From NCBI GenBank assembly GCA_963731665.1, contig CAVSWP010000008.1:807678-871677 (forward strand): a stretch of 64,000 nucleotides of DNA. Reading direction: 5' to 3'. Under the pieces are notes generated by a model. That model searched no databases, was not told the origin of the DNA, and saw only the letters and a list, made by a program, of their open reading frames with translations. Source of the DNA: an uncultured Acidimicrobiales bacterium. Lineage in GTDB: Bacteria; Actinomycetota; Acidimicrobiia; Acidimicrobiales; UBA8190. Both the position numbers and the translations under genes were made by a program. This document shows, one piece after another, positions 45,601-54,365 of the stretch. How positions within the stretch are numbered: the stretch's first letter is position 1; each line of letters begins with the position of its first letter.

Positions 45601-46175
45601 CCTATCCTAACAACAGCGCGGCCTCCGGCATCGTGGCGGGCAGCCCGCCTGGCTCACCCATCTCGCCGGTCATCGCAACCACCCAGTCTGGGACTTCGAC
45701 CACCACGCTCGCGACGACGGCACCCACGACCACGACGACCACTGCTTCCCCGACCACGAGCACGACCCCGGGCTCAACGGTCACGAGCCTCGCCCCCGCC
45801 GGTGGTAGCTCGACAACGAGCAATGGCTCGGCGGGAGGAGCCGTCACGACTGCGAATTCGGGATCGACTCTCTCCCGGACGTCGGGCTCGATCACCCAGG
45901 CCAGCTCCGGTGCCTTGGCCTTCACCGGCCCGGGAAGAGCCACCGAGTGGCTCGGGGTGTCCGGTCTGGTGCTCACCCTTCTCGGGTTGGCACTCCTCGG
46001 TCTTGTCGATGCACCCCGTCGAGTTTTGAGGCGCCTTGCGTATCTCGGCCCCGGACGTTGGCATACGTGGCGTGCTCGCGGCTTGAGCTCACGAGGACGT
46101 CTGTCTGCCGGCGCACTTGGCTCCCGGCTCGTGAGCAGCGCAGTGCGTGGCTCCAGGTGGCTCTTGGGTCGCTGA
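42639..46175 (+). CDS. large cell-wall-anchored (LAxTG) repeat protein with Ycf48/BNR-like propeller repeats
   Basis: N-terminal TM/signal. Thirteen repeats of (S/A)TTDGGxTW ... G(P)L..(V/I)(A/T)C.S.SDCWAVG. Thr-rich stalk, then LAFTG + hydrophobic helix + Arg-rich tail. Confidence 0.8.
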   Translation: MSSASEGGPMGWRFPGNRHWGPSGTATRVGIASLIVGVGCLAGALSVVMGAAANALPADWATQQQFPIAQDTYSAIACNDASSCFAVGAQVTSNAGVVVSTTDGGSHWTPQTLPSGAGSLAGVTCTSSADCWAVGSDPTFTNGVVLSTDDGGATWSTQSLPSGIGPLSSITCTSGSHCWAVGADFLEGVGGTGTGTGTGTGTGTETGTGTGTGTGTGTGIGSGTGNTGPGATVPDSGIAVATTDGGATWSSQVLPSDAGPLSGVACVSSSDCWAVGSDPTNTTGLALSTTDGGSTWDAQSLPANVGPLAAVSCGSGSDCQAAGTSPIAGNGALVGMVVATTDGGSTWRTGTLPNGTGPLGAVACTAGTECWAAGSGFTGGDGVVVSTSDGSTWSAQTLPSSTGPLAGLACPSNSACFAVGSGPYGGFTVTGTAVRAALKDRVVRASVAKASVSLDLGSGDALLYGSGNPGVIVATTDGGNTWSTQPVSLSGLTSLSSMSCPQALDCWALASDPSGTPVVLATTDGWHTWSTQSVPTRVDELSGITCASSSDCWAVGGNIAYTPTSITASGVVLATTDGGTTWNAETVPEGTGLLSGVACASASDCWAVGYDVLTEVGIVLGTTDGGATWTAQTLPNGTGALSSAACASSSDCWVVGSQPQGEGAAVAATTDGGATWSLQQVPVGSGPLLSIACPSTSTCFASGSAVYGGEVLATTDGGATWATQNLPSSIQDLTSISCPSPDDCWAGGGATPIGIGVVGPLGPSSGGDTIVATTDGGSLWSVQGVPSDVLGVASVSCSSTTDCWASGMTESDYAILSEVGVTVTPTTTLPPPVTVPNGNATPYELYCPGSPVGDIVLNNVTTTAALSPPNPSAGEQFHVVNYQTQLMIPSSIASAAQALGNTEITGTASAAVDAAGATPSSIATGKLSFNLPLPRPVPASGVTLIVPSTPGTIGPFVSSGGQITISEDSHATLSLVVSGSSLGLTCTTYPNNSAASGIVAGSPPGSPISPVIATTQSGTSTTTLATTAPTTTTTTASPTTSTTPGSTVTSLAPAGGSSTTSNGSAGGAVTTANSGSTLSRTSGSITQASSGALAFTGPGRATEWLGVSGLVLTLLGLALLGLVDAPRRVLRRLAYLGPGRWHTWRARGLSSRGRLSAGALGSRLVSSAVRGSRWLLGR
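43209..43310 (+). repeat. 17 tandem GGN-ACN hexanucleotide units encoding (Gly-Thr)n inside the surface protein gene
   Basis: GGAACCGGCACGGGCACGGGCACGGGAACCGGCACG..., translated as GTGTGTGTGTGTGTETGTGTGTGTGTGTGIGSGT. Confidence 0.85.
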
Positions 46176-46182
46176 CCCGCTG

Positions 46183-46758
46183 TTACACCCTGACGCTTGG
46201 GGTGGCGAAGTCGACCTTCTCGGCCGTGGCCGTCCCGGTTGTACGGCCCGGGTAGCTGACCCAGGACATGCAGACGTTGAGCTCGTCGACGACGTTCGAG
46301 GCCTCGATCTTGGTCCCGTTGTCGAGCTCCATTGTCATCGTGGTGTGGGCGTCCTCGATGAGGGTCAGGTCATAGCCCCGGTCCAGAGCGCCGTACGCCG
46401 TGGCGCGGACGCACCAGTTGGTGGCGGCGCCAGCCAGCACGACGTGGGTCGCGCCCAGCTGGCCGAGTACCTGCTCGAGCTCGGTCTGCTCGAACGACGA
46501 GTTGAACCTCTTGTGGATCAGCGGCTCGCCCTTTCCAGGTACCAGCTCCGGCACCCACTGCCACTGCGGGCTTCCGTGAGGCAGCTCGTCATCGGAGTGC
46601 TGCACCCACACCACAGGCACCCCCTCGGCGCGAGCGCGCCCTACGGCACGCGCAACGTTCTTGGTGATCCGCTCGGAATCCCACGACTCGTCCATCACGC
46701 CGACCTGCACGTCGACCACCAGAAGCACCCTTTTGTCACCCTCGCGGACCGTTGCCAT
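46183..46758 (-). CDS. isochorismatase-family cysteine hydrolase
   Basis: RVLLVVDVQVG, KRFNSSF and VLAGAATNWCVRATA (catalytic Cys). The start was trimmed to MATVREGD. Confidence 0.8.
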   Translation of the reverse strand: MATVREGDKRVLLVVDVQVGVMDESWDSERITKNVARAVGRARAEGVPVVWVQHSDDELPHGSPQWQWVPELVPGKGEPLIHKRFNSSFEQTELEQVLGQLGATHVVLAGAATNWCVRATAYGALDRGYDLTLIEDAHTTMTMELDNGTKIEASNVVDELNVCMSWVSYPGRTTGTATAEKVDFATPSVRV

Positions 46759-46961
46759 GGTGATTCCCTTTCGCACGCGCCGTCCAACGGCCGCAATAGT
46801 AGAGCGATCTCGTTCATGACCGACCGCTCGAGCCGACACCTCGACATCGAGGTCGAAGACCTCGACGCTTCCGCCGGTGTGGCAATTGCCCTGAGAGCGC
46901 GGCTCACCCACTTCCAGCGGCAAGACGGCGCTGCCCGTCGAATGCAGGCCGATCCCGACGT

Positions 46962-47318
46962 TCAGCTCATTACGTGCGGGGCCATCATCTGGAACGGAGG
47001 GAGCGTGGCGCCCTGCGGCTCGTCTCGCCCCCAGGAGCACGTCGGCAAGTCATCGAGGACGTCGGCCGTCTCATCGTCACCTGTCGTCTTGATGGTCCGG
47101 ATGCCACACCAGCATCGCCAGGGATGGACGAACACAGGGTCGTGCATTGCGTTCACGGTGTAGAAGAGGTCCCCGGCGGTGAGCCTGCCCAGCACGGTGG
47201 CCATGTCCCAGCGTTCCGGGGACCCCGGCTTGGCAGCGGTCTCCACTCCGGTGATGTGCCGGTGTCCCCAATTCGTCAACGACCGGGCGACGCACGATAT
47301 CTGAAACGCCTCTGCCAT
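46962..47318 (-). CDS. DUF3892-like small protein
   Basis: HITGVE...W....V...L..GDLFYT...TTGDDETADVLDDLPTC resembles the DUF3892 pattern. Confidence 0.4.
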   Translation of the reverse strand: MAEAFQISCVARSLTNWGHRHITGVETAAKPGSPERWDMATVLGRLTAGDLFYTVNAMHDPVFVHPWRCWCGIRTIKTTGDDETADVLDDLPTCSWGRDEPQGATLPPFQMMAPHVMS

Positions 47319-47534
47319 GGCCTGCCTCTTCCGATGACCTCCCGGGTAATCGCGGCGCAATCAATGACTATCCCCAAATCATACGAACAATCACAGACGG
47401 ACGGACCGGGAAGGTTCTCGGCGGCGAACAACCGATGCACAACTTCGCCCCTCACTCCTGTCAAAGGCGGCCCGCGGGTGCCGAGAATCACAGAGGCTGT
47501 CCAAGACAACCCCTTCCAAGGCAGACAGAGAGAC

Positions 47535-47765
47535 ATGAGCGTTTTCCGGATCGTCTACCGTCAGCTCGAGGCGGACCGGCGCCCGCCTGAGGACGTCGAA
47601 GCCGTCGAGTTCGTGCAGATGGAACCTTGGATCGTGTTCCTTGACCCGGCTGGAACCTGTCTCACCGTTCGTACCGAGCACGTGGAACACATCGAAAGGG
47701 TGCCCCTCATGCTTCCCGTTCCTCAGCCCGAGACGAGCCTGCCGTCGGACCTCCCCTTGGGTTGA
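47535..47765 (+). CDS. small hypothetical protein
   Basis: 76-aa segment with coding character, starting at the internal ATG of a long track ORF. Confidence 0.3.
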   Translation: MSVFRIVYRQLEADRRPPEDVEAVEFVQMEPWIVFLDPAGTCLTVRTEHVEHIERVPLMLPVPQPETSLPSDLPLG

Positions 47766-47795
47766 CCCGTCAGCCGTTGACGGTAGGCGAGGAAG

Positions 47796-48560
47796 TCAGG
47801 TGACAGATTCCGACCAGGCGACGTCGACGAGAAGGTCGGCCACAAGGTCGGGACGGCTCAGGAACGGTGAGTGCCCGGTGGGCCACTCGACGACCCGATC
47901 GGCACGGCGGCCCAGGATCCTCTGCAGGTCAGGGTGGACGATGTTGTCGAGGGTGCACACGGCATAGGTCGAAGCCCGCTGACGCCAAGCCACTTCGTTC
48001 GGCGTCTGTGTCAGGGTCACCATCGGGTGCGGCCCGAGCCGGTCGACCGCCCTATCGGCAAGATCGTCCGGACAGTCGTTGTAGAACAGGGCTCGTGCCC
48101 CCTGAGCCTCGACCGTGCTGGTGGCGTCTTCGGCCACACGAAACGAGGCGAGCGCGTCGGGGCGGCCCGAGTAATCCAGATGGCCGGCCTCAGACGCATC
48201 GGTCGCGACACTCATCGCCGACTCTCCCTCGTCGAGGTTGAAGGCGGCGATGTACACGAGATGCGATACCCGGGGATGAACGCCCGCTTCGGTGATGACC
48301 ACTCCCCCATAGGAATGGCCGACGAGGACGACGGGACTTGCCAGTCGGTCCAACACTGTTCGCACCCTGTCGGCATCCCCATGGAGGTCGGTGAGGGGCC
48401 CGTCGTCAACCCCGTGCCCCGGGAGATCGATGGCCATCGCCGCGACGTCGCGTTCCGCCAGTAGATCCACGACTTGCTCCCAACACCACGCGCCGTGCCA
48501 TGCACCGTGGACGAGAAGCACCGGTCTTGGACCCACACCCCATTGTGCCAGGGTCGGCAC
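47796..48560 (-). CDS. alpha/beta hydrolase
   Basis: VLLVHGAWHGAWCW and LVGHSYGG nucleophile elbow. Confidence 0.8.
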   Translation of the reverse strand: MPTLAQWGVGPRPVLLVHGAWHGAWCWEQVVDLLAERDVAAMAIDLPGHGVDDGPLTDLHGDADRVRTVLDRLASPVVLVGHSYGGVVITEAGVHPRVSHLVYIAAFNLDEGESAMSVATDASEAGHLDYSGRPDALASFRVAEDATSTVEAQGARALFYNDCPDDLADRAVDRLGPHPMVTLTQTPNEVAWRQRASTYAVCTLDNIVHPDLQRILGRRADRVVEWPTGHSPFLSRPDLVADLLVDVAWSESVT

Positions 48561-48569
48561 CGGCCGGGT

Positions 48570-49529
48570 CTACTGCGCGCGATCGTCCTCGAGACAACCA
48601 CGCAGGAAGCCCTCCAGACGTGGCCACCAGTGGGTCAACACCGTGGCGAGCCCGATGCATCCGTGGGGGGCGTCGGGGTACACGAGCATCTCGGCCCGGT
48701 TCCCGGCCACCACCCAGCGATTGGCGAAGAACAAGGTGTCGTCGACGAGGTGATCAGCGGTCCCGACGGTGAACAGCCCCGGGGGCATGCCCCGCAGGTC
48801 GGCATACATGGGCGACAGGCTCGGGTTACGCCGTTGCTCCGAAGACATGCCTGGTGCGAACTGCTCGATCATGAACTCCATGTCGATAGGGTCGAGGAGG
48901 TCTGCGTCGGGCTCCAGACCGGTGCCCATCGCGCTTGGTGTGCCGCCGAGGTCGTAGGCGCCGAAGACGAGGTTGGCTCCGCAGAACCGGCCACCGAGTC
49001 CATGGCGATCACGCATCCTGAGCAGGGTCACAGCCGACAGGTGGGCACCAGCGGACTCCCCGCCGATGAGAAGACGCTCGGTGCCGTACTCGGCGGCCGC
49101 GTTCCCGATCAGCCACAAGGCCGCCGCCTCGCAGTCGTCTGGTCCCGCCGGGTAGGGGTGCTCAGGCGCCAGCCGGTACTCGACGCTCACGATGGCCAGG
49201 TTCAGCTGCTGGCACAGCGCTTCGTTCAACAGGTCGGTCAGCTCGGGCTCGCCGGTCATCCAGCCGCCCCCGTGGATGTGGAGCATGGCTCCCTCCGCCC
49301 GATCGGGCCGGAACTCTCGGAGGCGAAGCGGCCCGGCAGGACCAGGGACCATGCGGTCCACCCCCTTCTCCGAACGCAGCACCAGCGCTGATTCCGCGGC
49401 CCGTCGGGCCTGGGCACGTTCCAGCGCGGAGCCGGTGTCCTCAGCGGGGGGAAAGCGATCGACGAACTCCTTGGACTCCGACCGGATCTGTTCCCGTGCC
49501 TCCTCGAGCTCCTCGTCCCACAGCCTCAT
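48570..49529 (-). CDS. alpha/beta hydrolase, hormone-sensitive-lipase-type esterase
   Basis: HIHGGGW oxyanion motif and GGESAGAHL nucleophile elbow. Confidence 0.85.
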   Translation of the reverse strand: MRLWDEELEEAREQIRSESKEFVDRFPPAEDTGSALERAQARRAAESALVLRSEKGVDRMVPGPAGPLRLREFRPDRAEGAMLHIHGGGWMTGEPELTDLLNEALCQQLNLAIVSVEYRLAPEHPYPAGPDDCEAAALWLIGNAAAEYGTERLLIGGESAGAHLSAVTLLRMRDRHGLGGRFCGANLVFGAYDLGGTPSAMGTGLEPDADLLDPIDMEFMIEQFAPGMSSEQRRNPSLSPMYADLRGMPPGLFTVGTADHLVDDTLFFANRWVVAGNRAEMLVYPDAPHGCIGLATVLTHWWPRLEGFLRGCLEDDRAQ

Positions 49530-49586
49530 TGGTCACCTCGAGCTTCCTGGTCTCTTCCGTCCGATCACGCTAACCAATCGGCCTCC

Positions 49587-49976
49587 CTAGGCCTTGTCGT
49601 AGGCGGCTCGGGCGGGGCCGAGGTCGAAATACTCTCGCCAGGCCCGGATGCGGCCGTCTTCGATCTCGAAGACACCACAGATCGGCAAGGTGACGGCCTT
49701 CCCGTTGATCGTGATGTGGTCCGTCCGCTCGTTCATCACGACGTTGGCGGAGGCGACCTGGTGATGGACCTCCAGACGCCCCGGGGGGACGTCGGCGAAT
49801 TTGTCCACGAACTCGCGGATGGCCGGCTTCCCGACGATCGCCGTCAGGGGGACGCTGTGATAGACGGCGTCCTCGGCGAAGCAGTCGATGATGTACTGGG
49901 TGTCTCGATGCTCCCACGCGGCGAGGAAATCCCGGATCAACCTGTCGTTGCGTCCCTCGGGGGTGTCCGCGTCCAT
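49587..49976 (-). CDS. limonene-1,2-epoxide hydrolase / SnoaL-like (NTF2 fold) protein
   Basis: LIRDFLAAWEHRD...DCFAEDAVYHSVP...GVFEIEDGRIRAWREYFD. Paralogous to 53891-54265. Confidence 0.65.
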   Translation of the reverse strand: MDADTPEGRNDRLIRDFLAAWEHRDTQYIIDCFAEDAVYHSVPLTAIVGKPAIREFVDKFADVPPGRLEVHHQVASANVVMNERTDHITINGKAVTLPICGVFEIEDGRIRAWREYFDLGPARAAYDKA

Positions 49977-50001
49977 GATGGGCTCCGCTTCCCGGCCCTC
50001 C

Positions 50002-50733
50002 CTACCCGAATTTGACCGTCGTCCAGGCCCGGGCGACGGACTGGTCACCTTCGACCGACACAGCCTCGTCGGCACTCCCCCGCCTGCCGAGGAGCCAGAG
50101 CAAGAGGTCCGACGTGCTGGCCCGCACGACGGCGTCAGTTTCGTCGAGCCCGGGGTGGAAGTCGATGTGGTCGGGAGCCAGGGCCAGCGTGAATTCGACG
50201 GGCGCGTCGGTGGCCGAGAGCGCCAGGGAGCCTGAGAGTTCAGGCCGGGGGGTCAGGGCCAACCAGAACGAGACGATGTGGAGGTATTCGTCGATACCGT
50301 CGGCGGCGAGAGCCGTATCGAGAGGGTGGGCAACTCCGCCGGCGTGTTCGGCGTCCCACCGGTGCACGGCGGTCTCCTGGGCCACGCGGCGATGCCAGAA
50401 GCGGGCGGGCCCGGGGCCCATGACGATCCAGTTCCACACTGGCTCGTCAGCACCGACGTCCTCCAGGACCGTGACGAGCATCGACATCCCTTCCTCGTAC
50501 CAGGCGCACAACACGTCCCAATCCTCGGGCCTGTCGGGGAAGGCGCCCATCTCGGTGGCCCGCGTGCGGACCATGTCCCCCACCCACCGGTGAGCACTGC
50601 CGATGTGCCCGACGAGGTCGGACATGTCCCAGCCGGGACAACTCGGCACCGGGGCCGTCGGGTCCCCTCGGCCCGCCGCCAACAAGGCGGCTCCGTCGAC
50701 CTTGACGCATTCGATGAACAAGTCCGGCTCCAT
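50002..50733 (-). CDS. maleylpyruvate isomerase-family mycothiol-dependent enzyme
   Basis: VPSCPGWDMSDLVGHIGSAHRWV and ETAVHRWDAEHA. The start was trimmed to MEPDLF because the upstream part of the track ORF is Ser/Arg-rich off-frame sequence. Confidence 0.6.
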   Translation of the reverse strand: MEPDLFIECVKVDGAALLAAGRGDPTAPVPSCPGWDMSDLVGHIGSAHRWVGDMVRTRATEMGAFPDRPEDWDVLCAWYEEGMSMLVTVLEDVGADEPVWNWIVMGPGPARFWHRRVAQETAVHRWDAEHAGGVAHPLDTALAADGIDEYLHIVSFWLALTPRPELSGSLALSATDAPVEFTLALAPDHIDFHPGLDETDAVVRASTSDLLLWLLGRRGSADEAVSVEGDQSVARAWTTVKFG

Positions 50734-50806
50734 GGCCCTGAGTCTCTCAGGGATCGGCGCCTCTTCCCAACGCGGTGTACGGGCAACTCCCCCTACAGTT
50801 GCAGCC

Positions 50807-50965
50807 ATGCTGGACCAAGGGCTCATAGACGACCTGACTACGCACGCCGTCATGATCGAGGAGGTCCGCGACGGCCTCCGTGATGGCCTGCTTCCCGACG
50901 AGATCGTGCGGCTCTCCATCGACATTCGGAGGGCCATCGAGAACCTGATCGAGGACGAAGAATGA
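50807..50965 (+). CDS. small acidic hypothetical protein (52 aa)
   Basis: MLDQGLIDDLTTHAVMIEEVRDGLRDGLLPDEIVRLSIDIRRAIENLIEDEE reads as genuine helical protein sequence. Short, so weak support. Confidence 0.3.
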   Translation: MLDQGLIDDLTTHAVMIEEVRDGLRDGLLPDEIVRLSIDIRRAIENLIEDEE

Positions 50966-50986
50966 TCCTCGGCGCATCGGGCTGAT

Positions 50987-51364
50987 TCAGCCGCCGTCAC
51001 CCACCGCCTGATCGCGGTTCACGGCGTCGGGAGAGAACGCCGGCAGGCACACCGCCACGTAGCGGGCGCCGCACCGAGGGGTCGAGTACCGAACCCACTC
51101 ATTCGCAGGGGCACCGACGGCTTGTCCGGCCGTGGCTGTGAGCGATCCGTGCTGCGTCTCCACCAGGACCTCACCTTCGATGACGATGGTGTATTCATCG
51201 AACGCTGGCGTCTGTCCGGGTTCGGACCAGCCCGCCGGGCTCTCCATCACCGCCACGGAGACCGACTCTGTGCCCGTGGCCAGTCGGCCGATGAACTCGG
51301 AGATCTGCTTGGGAGGCGAGCCGGCCGCCGTCAGGACCGTGGGCGCGGGGACGAGGTGAACCAT
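50987..51364 (-). CDS. cupin-domain protein
   Basis: 125-aa beta-rich ORF (DEYTIVIEGEVLVETQHGSLTATAGQAV). Its start shares one base with the stop of the upstream cupin gene. Confidence 0.55.
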   Translation of the reverse strand: MVHLVPAPTVLTAAGSPPKQISEFIGRLATGTESVSVAVMESPAGWSEPGQTPAFDEYTIVIEGEVLVETQHGSLTATAGQAVGAPANEWVRYSTPRCGARYVAVCLPAFSPDAVNRDQAVGDGG

Positions 51365-51744
51365 CAGCTCGTGTAGTCGACAGGACCTGCGCCTTTCACC
51401 CCGAAGGCGAAGGCCAGGCCCCGCAGCGGCGCGTGGTCGGTCGTGGGCCAGATGCTGTGTGTCGTGTCCGGAGGTGTGTAGATGAGGTCGCCCTGGCCCA
51501 CCACCCGTTCCTCGGGGCCTATCTTCATGATGCCGCGGCCGGACAGGATGTAATAGAACTCGTGGGTGGGGTGGGAATGGGGGTCGACCAGACCTCCGCC
51601 GGGGACTTGCCATTCACTGACGAGCTCGAGGAATCCACCGTCGGTGGCGGCCCGCATTTCCTGCGGTGGGACCAACCACCACACGGGCACCGTGCCGTTG
51701 TGCTCGACGACGGGGGCGATCTCTTCGATCGATCTGACGTCCAT
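51364..51744 (-). CDS. cupin-domain protein
   Basis: GGLVDPHSHPTHEFYYILSGRG...GDLIYTPPDTTHSI (cupin motifs 1 and 2). Confidence 0.7.
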   Translation of the reverse strand: MDVRSIEEIAPVVEHNGTVPVWWLVPPQEMRAATDGGFLELVSEWQVPGGGLVDPHSHPTHEFYYILSGRGIMKIGPEERVVGQGDLIYTPPDTTHSIWPTTDHAPLRGLAFAFGVKGAGPVDYTS

Positions 51745-51916
51745 GAGTCGCTCACCTCCTGTTCCTCGCAGATCCTGCCATCTGGGTCCGCCGGGGTGTC
51801 GCCCGCGGGTGACGCCCGTCCAAGGGCTCGACCATCGGCGAGCCGCTCGGCACTCGGGCACACCCGAGGTCATGGGTTCTAACCTGGGGCGACGTTCCAC
51901 CCACAGGGAGAGGGAA

Positions 51917-52255
51917 ATGGTTGCCACCTACGAAGACGCCGCCCTTGTCATGCAAATCGTCCGCTGGGGAGCGGAGATGGGTCTCGACGACGCCGGGCAC
52001 GCGATCTTTGCCGACGCCTTCGACGCAAAATCGGCTTCGCTCGACAATCCGGCCGTGAGGAAGATGCTGTCGTTCGGCGAGACCGTCGCCACCCTCGTCA
52101 AGCACGGGATCCTCGACGAGGCGCTCGTCCAGGACCTCTGGTGGATCGAGGGCGCGTGGGGCCGCGTGGGGCCGGCGGCAAAACGCGACCGAGAGCGCCT
52201 CGGAGAGCCTCGTCTGTACGAGAACTTCGAGGCGCTGGCCGCCGCCACCGGCTGA
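51917..52255 (+). CDS. hypothetical protein
   Basis: 112-aa ORF after GGGAGAGGGAA, with good coding character. Confidence 0.45.
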   Translation: MVATYEDAALVMQIVRWGAEMGLDDAGHAIFADAFDAKSASLDNPAVRKMLSFGETVATLVKHGILDEALVQDLWWIEGAWGRVGPAAKRDRERLGEPRLYENFEALAAATG

Positions 52256-52312
52256 CGCACCGACGGGTTCCGACCCACAAGGCGGTCCCGACCGCCAGGC
52301 ACCTCGCCCCCG

Positions 52313-52882
52313 TCAGGGAAGGGAACGCCGGTACCGGAGCTCATCGACCTGGACGCCCCAGACCTCCGCCGTGCGCTGGAGTTCGTCCGGCGACCACCCG
52401 TCGGCTCGGTAGAAGCGCTGGGCACGATCGTTTCCCACCAGGACCCACAACACGGCGTGGGTGAAGCCGCTTTGCACCAGGTGCGCTCGCGCCCTCGCCA
52501 TGAGACGGCGGCCCACGCCGAGTCCCCACGCCGAGGGGTCGACGTAGAGCGCCAGGACCTCTCCGGCCTCCCGAGCGTCGGGGTCTTGGGACGGACCGAC
52601 GGTGGCGAAGCCACACACGGCACCGTCTTCGTCGGCCACGAGCGTCGACGGAAGGGTCGGGTCAGTGGCACCGAAGCGGTAGTGGGACATGCGATCGTCG
52701 GCTCGCAGACCATCGAGGTAGGCGTCGGGGAGTAAACCTCGGTAGGCGACCTGCCAGGCGCGCACGTGCACCTGTGCGACCTCGGCGGCATCGCCGGTCC
52801 GAGCGGGGCGCACACGCAGCACCCGCGTATTCTCCCAGGCCGAGCTTCGGCCCCATGCCTGGATCTGGAGGTATCCGGGCAT
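52313..52882 (-). CDS. GNAT-family N-acetyltransferase
   Basis: VRPARTGDAAEVAQV..., LYVDPSAWGLGVGRRLM (acetyl-CoA motif A) and RAQRFYRADGW. Confidence 0.75.
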   Translation of the reverse strand: MPGYLQIQAWGRSSAWENTRVLRVRPARTGDAAEVAQVHVRAWQVAYRGLLPDAYLDGLRADDRMSHYRFGATDPTLPSTLVADEDGAVCGFATVGPSQDPDAREAGEVLALYVDPSAWGLGVGRRLMARARAHLVQSGFTHAVLWVLVGNDRAQRFYRADGWSPDELQRTAEVWGVQVDELRYRRSLP

Positions 52883-52970
52883 GCCGAGACGTCGTTGCGT
52901 CGACCCCGATCGGGCTCCGAACACAACGAGGAGGCGTTAGGCTCGTGAGGGGCCATCTTTCGGGGAGGCG

Positions 52971-53864
52971 GTGGTCTCGGGGAGGCGTTGGATGCGCAGG
53001 GGGGCGGTCGCGGTCGCAGTGGTGGGGCTCGCCCTGTCGACGCTCGGCGGGTGCACTCTCCCCCACGTGGGGTCCACCGCCTTGGGCTTCTTCGTGCCCT
53101 CGCAGAGCGTGAGCGACGTCGATGCCCTCGCCAGCCACCTCGGCGTCCAGGTCGAGGGGATCTCGGGCTACACGAGCCAGTCGTCGTGGGCCGCCATCGG
53201 CAGCTACCAGCCACCGTCCACGTCGTTGCGCCTCTATTTGAGTGTGAGCATGTCGCCGAGCAACTCGAGTCCCGCTCAAACCCCCGCCAATCTCGGCGTC
53301 TACCAGACGCTCGCCCAGAGTCTGGTCAACGCCGGACAGCCCTACGCCATACTGCGGATCGGGTGGGAATGGTCCACCACGTACTTCTCGTGGGGGGTCC
53401 AGAACACGACTCCCGCTCAGTACGTCACGGCCTTCGACGACATCGTCACCACCATGCGCAGTGTCCCCGGACAGCACTTTCTCTTCGACTGGTGCGCGGC
53501 CGCCGACGAGGTGCCCACCAACGGGTCGTACGCGGCGTCGTACCCCGGCGACCAGTACGTCGACTACATTGGCACGGACCAGTACGACAACCCCGGTTCA
53601 AGTTGGGCGGCCACCCTCAACACCGTCGGCGGCCTCGCCTACACGGTCAACTTCGCCAAGGCTCACGGGAAGTTCGTGAGCATTCCCGAGTGGGGCCTCA
53701 ACGGCACCGACGATCCGGGGTTCATCAATTCGATGCACGCCTTCATCGCCGACCCCGGCAACGACGTGGGCTACAGCTCCTACTTCTCCGATGACGCCAC
53801 GGTCGACTCCGACATCACCCAGTTCCCGAGCTCCGAGGCGGCGTTCACCCAAGACTTCGGGTAG
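52971..53864 (+). CDS. secreted GH26-like glycoside hydrolase (tentative)
   Basis: Signal + lipobox-like LGGC. ILRIGWEWSTTYFSWG, DYIGTDQYD and SIPEWGLNG resemble the GH26 mannanase motif order. Confidence 0.5.
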   Translation: MVSGRRWMRRGAVAVAVVGLALSTLGGCTLPHVGSTALGFFVPSQSVSDVDALASHLGVQVEGISGYTSQSSWAAIGSYQPPSTSLRLYLSVSMSPSNSSPAQTPANLGVYQTLAQSLVNAGQPYAILRIGWEWSTTYFSWGVQNTTPAQYVTAFDDIVTTMRSVPGQHFLFDWCAAADEVPTNGSYAASYPGDQYVDYIGTDQYDNPGSSWAATLNTVGGLAYTVNFAKAHGKFVSIPEWGLNGTDDPGFINSMHAFIADPGNDVGYSSYFSDDATVDSDITQFPSSEAAFTQDFG

Positions 53865-53890
53865 CCCGGTGGCAGCGGCCCTGCCCGGGA

Positions 53891-54265
53891 TCAGTCCGAG
53901 AGCTGGCTCATGAACTGGTTGAGGTCGAAGTAGTCGCGCCACGCTTTGATGAGCCCACCGTCCAGCTCGAAGGTCCCCATGACGGGGAGGCTCACCGTGC
54001 GCTCCGGAGAGGCGAAATGGTCCACCCGTTCGGTGAGCACGACATCACCGTGGGCTACGGCGTGACGGACCTCGAAGTCCACCCGGTCCCACCCCGTGGT
54101 GAAGCTCACGATCATCTCCCGGATGTCCTCGCGCCCCACGATCGGGTCCACCGGAATGTTGTGGTACACGGCGTCGGCGTCGAAGTACTCCATCATCTCG
54201 TCGATGTCGAGCTTCGACCAGGCCGCACAAAAGTTCGTCACGATCTCGAGCGCTGCTGCGGACAC
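53891..54265 (-). CDS. limonene-1,2-epoxide hydrolase / SnoaL-like protein
   Basis: VTNFCAAWSKLDIDEMMEYFDADAVYHNIP...GTFELDGGLIKAWRDYFD. A GTG start was chosen because the upstream track ORF is off-character. Confidence 0.65.
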   Translation of the reverse strand: MSAAALEIVTNFCAAWSKLDIDEMMEYFDADAVYHNIPVDPIVGREDIREMIVSFTTGWDRVDFEVRHAVAHGDVVLTERVDHFASPERTVSLPVMGTFELDGGLIKAWRDYFDLNQFMSQLSD

Positions 54266-54365
54266 CTGATGACCTCTCTGTCGGTAGTGCTCGTCATGCG
54301 TAGCACGGCCGACCCGGTGATGGCATGTCGAAAGACCATATTCCGGGCGGTCGCCGCCCAGGAGC

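Noticed and set aside
51928-53214. 428-aa minus-strand ORF and the overlapping 271-aa ORF (52662-53477).
   Set aside because: Extremely Arg/Pro/Ser-rich. They overlap the better-supported 51917-52255, GNAT and GH26-like genes.
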